The notes under the pieces were generated by a model. That model did no database searches, was not told the DNA's origin, and was given only the letters and a program-made list of their open reading frames with translations. The translations under genes were made by a program, and so were the position numbers. DNA of 64,000 nucleotides, from the IMG/VR virus record IMGVR_UViG_3300044647_001247, positions 45,820 to 109,819 of that record; one strand, written 5' to 3'. How positions within the stretch are numbered: the stretch's first letter is position 1; every line of letters begins with the position of its first letter. This DNA is from a virus. Of this stretch, positions 57,895 through 64,000 are shown piece after piece.

Positions 57895-58539
57895 TTATTT
57901 GTTTGTTGTTGACTTAATTAAATTATTTAACCAATCTTTAGAACTAACAGGAATACCTTTTTGTATAGCGTAATAATCTCTAATAGTCATATCTGAGAAT
58001 AAACAATCATCTAAAAATGGACTATCTGCTTTATTAATAACTGATTGTTTTGGCTCAACTTTACTTGGTTTTTTTTCAACATCTAATAATGCTGAACTTC
58101 CACTAATAGATACACTATATTTATTAATTATTCTAAGCTCATCTACAGGTACTAAATATGCAGTATGATTTTTATTTAATAAGTTTACTTCATATTCTTC
58201 TCCATAATTTAAATTATGAGGAACATTATAAATTGTTTTTTCTTCATCTGTAGGATTAAATGCATTATCATACATTTCAAAGAAAAGACCTCTTTCTTTT
58301 AAAAACTCATTATCAAAAATTGATACTACATGTTTTCCTTTAGGACTATAAAAAGGTGTTTTGTATTGAAAATCATTTCTTTTTACACCTAAATTATCAG
58401 CAAGAGGTTGATGATAACTTCTAAGTTCTTCTAAAATAGCTGCTTTGTAAGTTGATGAGTCTTTTGGATCAAGAGCTTTGTATTCTGCATAAGATAAGCG
58501 TTTGATCATTCCGTTGTTGTCTTTTGTAATTTTAAACAT
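57895..58539 (-). CDS. hypothetical protein
   Basis: 214 aa, C-terminal MTIRDYYAI...PVSSKDWLN module. Confidence 0.65.
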   Translation of the reverse strand: MFKITKDNNGMIKRLSYAEYKALDPKDSSTYKAAILEELRSYHQPLADNLGVKRNDFQYKTPFYSPKGKHVVSIFDNEFLKERGLFFEMYDNAFNPTDEEKTIYNVPHNLNYGEEYEVNLLNKNHTAYLVPVDELRIINKYSVSISGSSALLDVEKKPSKVEPKQSVINKADSPFLDDCLFSDMTIRDYYAIQKGIPVSSKDWLNNLIKSTTNK

Positions 58540-58551
58540 ATTTGTTGATTT

Positions 58552-59607
58552 TTAAATTTCTGTTCCTATTGGGCATTGTGGTTGAGAATTTCCTTCTGCT
58601 CTTTGTGAATATCTTGGTCTAACACCAAGCTGTCTCTGAGGAGTTGGTGTCGCCACTTCAACCATTCTTTGATTTTTACCATCCATCTTCATAAATATCA
58701 TGGTTTTTTTATCATCGTTATTTCTCACTTTAATTAAGTGCATAATAACATCATCAGTTTCTACATTATAAGCTTCTGGACCATATGATTTGATATCTAA
58801 TTTGAACGGACGTGATAAAACTATTACCATATCAGATCCTTGCATAAGAGCGTCACCTCCAAATATATCTCCTGATGTAGGATAGTTATTTACAGAGGAA
58901 GCCACTCTTCTTCCTGCTTCTTCTATTGATCTATTTAATTGTGTAAGCATAATTACAATAATAGGTAGTTGATTCTTTAGTTTCATTAACATTTCTGTTA
59001 CATTGTATAAGACATCAAATTTATCTTTATCTTTTGAACTTTTCTTAATCAACCAACTATGATCTATTGTTATTAAAAGTGGTTTACTACCACCTCTTAT
59101 ATATGCTAATTCTATTTCTTTTTTTATTTGATGTTCTGTTAAAGATTCATTTATAATGTCTCTTCTAAGTCCTATTTTTTCAAGTTCTTTTGTTTCAGCT
59201 GTAAATTCAATAATTTTATTCATTGTAAATTGATCAAGCTCTCTTTCAGTACTTAATATTACACCGTAATCTAAAGCCATTTCTGCAGCAAATTGACGAG
59301 ATGCATATTGATCAACTCCCATTTCAAACTGAAACTCAAGAATATTAAACTTTTGTGTAGGATTTAAACGATATGCTTCTCTTAATATTTGAGAACTAAT
59401 CATTGTTTTACCTGCACCTGGTCTAGCACCAATGGTTAACATGGATCCCCATTCTAAACCTGCAACACCTGCTTTATTAAAGCTTGGCCAAGGTGTTCTT
59501 AAACTTTTTATTTCTCCTGATTTTCTCTTCTGTACATATTTTAAACCTTTTTCTAAAACTTGAGAGAAAGGTTTAAACTTAGACGTGTATTCTTGTTCTT
59601 CGCTCAT
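58552..59607 (-). CDS. dnaB: DnaB-like (SF4) replicative helicase
   Basis: GARPGAGKT, FQFEM, ITIDH, LTQLNR, KVRN. ATG 59607 (MSEEQ) preferred. Lacks the N-terminal DnaB domain. Confidence 0.88.
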   Translation of the reverse strand: MSEEQEYTSKFKPFSQVLEKGLKYVQKRKSGEIKSLRTPWPSFNKAGVAGLEWGSMLTIGARPGAGKTMISSQILREAYRLNPTQKFNILEFQFEMGVDQYASRQFAAEMALDYGVILSTERELDQFTMNKIIEFTAETKELEKIGLRRDIINESLTEHQIKKEIELAYIRGGSKPLLITIDHSWLIKKSSKDKDKFDVLYNVTEMLMKLKNQLPIIVIMLTQLNRSIEEAGRRVASSVNNYPTSGDIFGGDALMQGSDMVIVLSRPFKLDIKSYGPEAYNVETDDVIMHLIKVRNNDDKKTMIFMKMDGKNQRMVEVATPTPQRQLGVRPRYSQRAEGNSQPQCPIGTEI

Positions 59608-59665
59608 ATTAATAATATGTTTGTAAAAATACAAAATAAAATTTAAAATCAAATAATTTTATAAA

Positions 59666-60244
59666 TTAATTTTGAGATAAAATCTCAGGATTATCTAGAA
59701 TCATTTGGCAATGATCTGCCAAGAGTGACCTATTTATTCTTGTACTTGCATCAGTTCTCTGAATAAAATAACTACTGGTAGTTATATATTCCATATTCTC
59801 CTTTTGTTTCATATAAATGTAATAGTCAGTTGCATCTAATACTAAGGTCCAGTCATATTCTGGATAAGTTTTAAAGAACCAAACAAACTTATCTTTTAAT
59901 TCTTGTACAGTTTGTCTAAGCAATCCCACCTTACCTATTCTTATAGCAGGAAACATTTCTCTATAAGTATTTATATTTTTTACTGAATCTTCGCCTAATA
60001 CTTCTGAGGACACTTTCTTTTTTGATTTTACAAGATAAGTTTGAAACTCATCAAGTATAAATAAAGCTCCGTGACTTAGATTATTTTTTTCATCTAAATG
60101 ACCTCTTTTTATTGCAATTTCTTTTTCTTTTTCATCATCTATAATACTACATGTTTTTATTTTATGTCTACGGCAGTCAAGGAAATAAAGTTGATTAGGG
60201 CTTATATTATACTTGATCAGTGAGTTCCAAAGTTGCTGGCTCAT
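59666..60244 (-). CDS. putative replication initiator/helicase-associated protein
   Basis: Lies between the DnaA-IV gene and DnaB. YREMFP...VLDATDYY...TSSYFI pattern. Confidence 0.45.
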   Translation of the reverse strand: MSQQLWNSLIKYNISPNQLYFLDCRRHKIKTCSIIDDEKEKEIAIKRGHLDEKNNLSHGALFILDEFQTYLVKSKKKVSSEVLGEDSVKNINTYREMFPAIRIGKVGLLRQTVQELKDKFVWFFKTYPEYDWTLVLDATDYYIYMKQKENMEYITTSSYFIQRTDASTRINRSLLADHCQMILDNPEILSQN

Positions 60245-60677
60245 AAGTTTCTTTTATTAATTTAATTATTTTTTTATATGTTTCTTGAAAAGGAGCATTA
60301 TTCTCTAAAAGAATCTTACATGTTTTAATGTTGTGTATCACTGTTGTATGATCTCTTTTTCCTAAATATTGTCCTATTTTATCAAGAGTGTAACCCATTG
60401 TTTTTGCCATAAGACAAAACATATTTCTAAGTTCTACCACTTCTCTAAATCTTCTTTTTACTTTTAAACTAATAGTAGTGTGTCCTCGTTGTGGTAAAAA
60501 AGGAGTGAATACGTTTTCAAGATCTTCAAGTGATAGTATAGGAATGGTGTTTCCATTAGCATCTGTGGTTACATTAGTCACTACAATAGGATAGTAACCT
60601 AGTTTTTCACAGAATTTCTCTTTAAATTCAGTAGTTAACTTTTTTTCTAACATAAAAGCATAAGTTTTAGTATTCAT
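60207..60677 (-). CDS. stand-alone DnaA domain IV (Bac_DnaA_C) HTH protein
   Basis: RRFREVVELRNMFCLM...TLDKIGQYLGKRDHTTVIH, the DnaA signature RDHTTV. Confidence 0.82.
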   Translation of the reverse strand: MNTKTYAFMLEKKLTTEFKEKFCEKLGYYPIVVTNVTTDANGNTIPILSLEDLENVFTPFLPQRGHTTISLKVKRRFREVVELRNMFCLMAKTMGYTLDKIGQYLGKRDHTTVIHNIKTCKILLENNAPFQETYKKIIKLIKETYEPATLELTDQV

Positions 60678-60698
60678 ATATTTTTAAAATTTTGCTTA

Positions 60699-60706
60699 CA
60701 AATATA
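60699..60706 (-). promoter_or_regulatory. Bacteroidota sigma-A -7 element (TATATTTG) heading the replication operon
   Basis: TAnnTTTG 21 nt upstream of ATG 60677. Confidence 0.6.
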
Positions 60707-60721
60707 GGTTTCTTCTGGAAT

Positions 60722-60742
60722 ATTTTGTATATTATATTGTAG
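60722..60742 (+). promoter_or_regulatory. putative late promoter motif, copy 2
   Basis: ATTTTGTATATTATATTGTAG, 20/21 identical to 1227-1247. Upstream of the lysis island. Confidence 0.65.
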
Positions 60743-60789
60743 GGATTATTTTATTCTTACATATTTTAAATTTATTAAAATATTTTAAC

Positions 60790-61053
60790 ATGTCTAATCC
60801 TATTAGTAAGTATTATGCTCAGAAAGACTCAAATGGTTGGCCTATTCCAGGAACCATGATGGGTATTAATTTTAGTAACACAATACCTCCAAATACAATT
60901 GAGATTCCAACAACCACTGGAAATACTAACAATCGTAATGGTTTTAGGTATTTTGTTAGACTTGATCATCAAAATAAGATTATACCTAACTCATTGATGA
61001 TTACACTACATAGACCTTCTGATGGTCGCGTATTAGAGTTTAAACTACCTTAA
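60790..61053 (+). CDS. small hypothetical protein with internal duplication
   Basis: YYAQKDSNGWPIPGT versus YFVRLDHQNKIIPNS. Confidence 0.6.
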   Translation: MSNPISKYYAQKDSNGWPIPGTMMGINFSNTIPPNTIEIPTTTGNTNNRNGFRYFVRLDHQNKIIPNSLMITLHRPSDGRVLEFKLP

Positions 61054-61075
61054 TATATTAAAATAGTTTAATATC

Positions 61076-61423
61076 ATGGAACCAACACATTTTGAAGAAC
61101 AAGTAAAAGATGAACTTAAAAGTATGGACCAACGTCTTACAGATATGGAGGAAAAACTCACTTCCATGGATACAAAGCTTACACAAGTGGTCGATGCTAT
61201 TTTAGGTAATGCTTTGACAAAACAGGGTGGATTTGTTAAACTTTTAGAATCTTTTGATGAAAAGATTACACATATTGAAAAGACTAGAATTCATGTTCTT
61301 GATAAAAAGGTGGCAGAACTTGAAGAATTTAAGAAGAAAGTGTACTGGGGGCTTGCTCTTTTAGGATTTATTGTAATGGCAGCCGAGTTTATTTTGAGAG
61401 TGTATACAACAATTAAGAAATAA
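61076..61423 (+). CDS. coiled-coil protein with C-terminal TM helix (holin/antiholin-like)
   Basis: Heptads, then VYWGLALLGFIVMAAEFIL. Lysis context. Confidence 0.55.
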   Translation: MEPTHFEEQVKDELKSMDQRLTDMEEKLTSMDTKLTQVVDAILGNALTKQGGFVKLLESFDEKITHIEKTRIHVLDKKVAELEEFKKKVYWGLALLGFIVMAAEFILRVYTTIKK

Positions 61424-61424
61424 T

Positions 61425-62042
61425 ATGGATTTTATAAAATCTAACGTTCTCAATTTCATTGTTCTTATTTTATTAGCAGTGATTTTGTTACAGAGATGTG
61501 GGGGTGGTAAGCAAGATACAATCCCTCCTTCTATTAAAAGAGATACAATATGGGTTGTCAAGGATTCCTTGATAGCTAGTAAGCCAAGATTGACTAATAC
61601 AATACAGATAACATCACATGACACTATTATAAACCACTACATACCAGATACCAATTACAATAAATTAGTAAGACAGTATCAGGAGATTGTAAAAGAACTG
61701 TTAGCAAAGAACATACATTCAGATTCCATACGTATTGATACAAACGGATACGTAAAAATAACTGATACAGTTCAAAAGAACCTAATTATAGGTAGAACCA
61801 CAGAGGTGAAGCTTAAATATCCTGTTATAAAAGAAACTATAACAATTCACCAACAGCCTAAAAATCAGCTTTATATAGGTGGTGGAATAGGTGCTAGTCA
61901 AAATGCTGCAGTTAATCAAGTTAGAATAGGTGCTTTATTTAAAACAAAGAAAGATCAGCTTTTTGGAGCTAATATAGGAATATCCACACAAGGAACAGTA
62001 GTTTACGGAATAGACTCTTATTGGAAACTTAAAATTAAATAA
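61425..62042 (+). CDS. putative spanin-like membrane protein
   Basis: N-terminal hydrophobic helix ending LLQRC, DTI repeats, C-terminal amphipathic beta-strands ending YWKLKIK. Confidence 0.55.
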   Translation: MDFIKSNVLNFIVLILLAVILLQRCGGGKQDTIPPSIKRDTIWVVKDSLIASKPRLTNTIQITSHDTIINHYIPDTNYNKLVRQYQEIVKELLAKNIHSDSIRIDTNGYVKITDTVQKNLIIGRTTEVKLKYPVIKETITIHQQPKNQLYIGGGIGASQNAAVNQVRIGALFKTKKDQLFGANIGISTQGTVVYGIDSYWKLKIK

Positions 62043-62043
62043 T

Positions 62044-62250
62044 ATGGAATTTGGTTGGAAACACTATTTTGAACCCACTCCTAAGAGACTTAGAGTGTTG
62101 GGTGATAGTTTAGCTGCTGCAGGAACATTTGGCGGCACTATAATTGTACTCAATGGACATCCTGTTGCAGGAACTATTGTAATGATTGTTGCTATAGTTG
62201 GTAAGTTTATTTCTAACTTCTTTAGTGAAACTCCTGAAGACAATGGCTAG
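62044..62250 (+). CDS. putative holin
   Basis: 68 aa, PTPKRLRVLGD followed by two hydrophobic segments. Overlaps the endolysin start. Confidence 0.55.
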   Translation: MEFGWKHYFEPTPKRLRVLGDSLAAAGTFGGTIIVLNGHPVAGTIVMIVAIVGKFISNFFSETPEDNG

Positions 62251-62779
62251 AAAAATCATCATATCTGCTGGACACGGTGGTGTAGATCCTGGAGCTTCAG
62301 GAAATGGCTACATTGAACGTGACCTAGCAATAGAACTCAGAAACTTAATTGTAGCTGAGCTTAAAATCTTGGGAATCAATGCTTTAGTAGATGATGATAA
62401 GAATGCTCTTAAACAAACTCTTTTATGGCTCAGAGGTAAATTCACCACAGGTGATATTCTTTTAGACATACATTGGAACAGTGCAACACCAGATGCAAAA
62501 GGAACAGAAGTATTCATTCCTGACCAGTCTTCTAGCTTTGAACAAACATTAGCATTAGAAATTCTTAAATGCTTTACAATATTTGGTTTTAAAAGTAGAG
62601 GTGTAAAACCTGAATCTCAGAGTGCAAGAAAAACTCTTGGTTGGATGAGACCTGGAGCTGAAAATATTCTTCTTGAAGCATGTTTTTTATCAAATGTAAT
62701 AGATATGAAACTCTATCAAGCTAATAAACAAGGAATTGCTCGTAAAATAGCTTTAACATTAAATCAATATAGCAAATGA
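62243..62779 (+). CDS. endolysin, N-acetylmuramoyl-L-alanine amidase (Amidase_3)
   Basis: SAGHGG.DPGA, E, DIHWN, GTEVF, ILLEACF. ATG at 62243. Confidence 0.9.
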   Translation: MARKIIISAGHGGVDPGASGNGYIERDLAIELRNLIVAELKILGINALVDDDKNALKQTLLWLRGKFTTGDILLDIHWNSATPDAKGTEVFIPDQSSSFEQTLALEILKCFTIFGFKSRGVKPESQSARKTLGWMRPGAENILLEACFLSNVIDMKLYQANKQGIARKIALTLNQYSK

Positions 62780-62898
62780 AAAAAGGAAGTAGTGACTCTC
62801 GTAAAGTAATTTTTGGAAAACGTAAAGGACGTAGAGCTCGTAAAACAAAAGGACCTAAAGATAAAGCTGTCTCTAAATATAGAGGACAAGGAAAGTAA
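62776..62898 (+). CDS. 40-aa highly basic peptide ending KYRGQGK (not in the ORF track)
   Basis: ATGA overlap with the amidase stop. Sequence MKKGSSDSRKVIFGKRKGRRARKTKGPKDKAVSKYRGQGK. Confidence 0.7.
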   Translation: MKKGSSDSRKVIFGKRKGRRARKTKGPKDKAVSKYRGQGK

Positions 62899-62930
62899 AA
62901 CCGGTGTACATAAAATACACCGGTTTTTTT
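62897..62930. terminator. bidirectional terminator
   Basis: AAAACCGGTGTA-CATAAAA-TACACCGGTTTTTTT between convergent genes. Confidence 0.8.
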
Positions 62931-62932
62931 AT

Positions 62933-64000
62933 TTAGCTTACATATCCTTTTTCATTTACTTTTGATATTTTTTGACCATCAAATAGAATAACTTGTTCAT
63001 TTTGTGCATATTGTTTCATAACATCATTTGAAAATCTATGAAAAGAAGAACCTTTTACACCAATAAAAAAGGCTTTTTTACTATAAATCTGACATCCATC
63101 TTCAGCATCTGTTACAATTATTGCATTTTTATCACCTTTTTCTATATGTTTTACCACTTGATTAAGGTCTGTTCCTCCATTAGCTTGTAATGTAGCAATA
63201 CTTATAATATCAGTTTTAATTCCTCCACTTTTAACATGATTGGTAAAAGGATAAATCTGGTTCAAAATACCCATTTCTTTTAACTTAGCCATCATAGATT
63301 TTCCAAAATCCATTCGTGATATAGTATCTCCTTTTTCATTAACAACACCACAACTATGACCCATTGATCCTGATACATCTATATAAATATTAATTTTACC
63401 AACATTTATATGATCTTTCACTTGAACATCTTCAGCAAATATCTTACGAAGATTTGGATGTAAAAGCTCATAATCTTCTAATCCTGATATATCTTGAGCA
63501 TTGAATAAATCATCATACACTGGCACTTTTCTTGCTGAAAAATAACTAATACTTTTATCAAGTATTTTTTTAAGACTATTTTTAAGTGAACCCATTGATA
63601 ATTTTATATTATCAATTTGAGCAGTAACTGCAGCAATAAAATCAGTTGTCATCTTTCCTGCAGACATGTTTGTTCTCTGATCTGGATTTGCGTAAATATC
63701 TTCTTGAATATCTTCACTTACATTCTCATCAAGATTTTTACAAATCTCTTGTGCATCTTTCATTTGTTTTTCATAATGCTGTTTAGAATTATCAAACATA
63801 TCTTTAAGAATTTCTTCTAATTTATTTTGATTACCAGCTTCAGAACCAGCATCACTTAAAGACTTTTTAAGTTCTCTAGCTTTATCAGGATCTACAAATT
63901 CTAAACGAGCCATTTCAAAAAGAAAGTATCCAATTGTATTTCTTGTGTATATAGCTGATTTAAGATGACTTCCTTCAGACATGATTTTACCTACAGGATT
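62933..64000 (-). CDS. vWA-domain protein (5' end probably outside the window)
   Basis: MIDAS motif DVSGSMG, GGTD, IIVTD. The frame stays open to base 64000. Confidence 0.8.
   Translation of the reverse strand, partial: NPVGKIMSEGSHLKSAIYTRNTIGYFLFEMARLEFVDPDKARELKKSLSDAGSEAGNQNKLEEILKDMFDNSKQHYEKQMKDAQEICKNLDENVSEDIQEDIYANPDQRTNMSAGKMTTDFIAAVTAQIDNIKLSMGSLKNSLKKILDKSISYFSARKVPVYDDLFNAQDISGLEDYELLHPNLRKIFAEDVQVKDHINVGKINIYIDVSGSMGHSCGVVNEKGDTISRMDFGKSMMAKLKEMGILNQIYPFTNHVKSGGIKTDIISIATLQANGGTDLNQVVKHIEKGDKNAIIVTDAEDGCQIYSKKAFFIGVKGSSFHRFSNDVMKQYAQNEQVILFDGQKISKVNEKGYVS

Noticed and set aside
726-63820. Many short antisense or out-of-frame ORFs in the track (e.g. 5598..5969, 28690..29241, 35040..35417, 55311..55607)
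   Set aside because: They lie wholly within longer, motif-bearing genes and look like shadow ORFs.
1-64000. Stop-codon reassignment, known in some crAss-like phages
   Set aside because: Genes up to 11.5 kb are intact in the standard code, and TAA, TAG and TGA all end tightly packed genes.

Overview
This AT-rich window (no Shine-Dalgarno sites apparent, TAnnTTTG promoter elements present) is a large part of a crAss-like (Crassvirales-related) dsDNA phage, most likely infecting a Bacteroidota host, and it uses the standard genetic code. The plus strand (1-44597) carries Cys-rich and fibronectin-III (FN3) fibre genes, a metallophosphoesterase, an IHF-like gene, tail ring and stabilisation genes, and six large putative ejected cargo proteins, one of which is a 3834-aa virion RNA polymerase (GSDLDID). 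The minus strand (44613-60677) is a replication and nucleotide-metabolism block: dCTP deaminase, dNMP kinase, PolB, PD-(D/E)XK exonuclease, HNH, primase, AAA ATPase, DnaB and a stand-alone DnaA domain IV. A plus-strand lysis island (60790-62898) follows, then a truncated vWA gene. No terminase, portal or major capsid gene was recognised. The main unexplained structure is as follows. (1) About 10,100 aa of cargo protein contain only four cysteines, all at the facing ends of three consecutive giant proteins, suggesting a head-to-tail disulfide chain. (2) FN3 fibre genes appear to pass a 12-residue Cys-bearing beta-strand from one gene product to the next, like pilus donor-strand complementation. 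(3) Two cargo proteins are built from small modules punctuated by a [MYFW]xxGG motif. (4) Repeated late-promoter and palindrome elements occur. All family assignments come from motif recognition by eye, and no searches were run.
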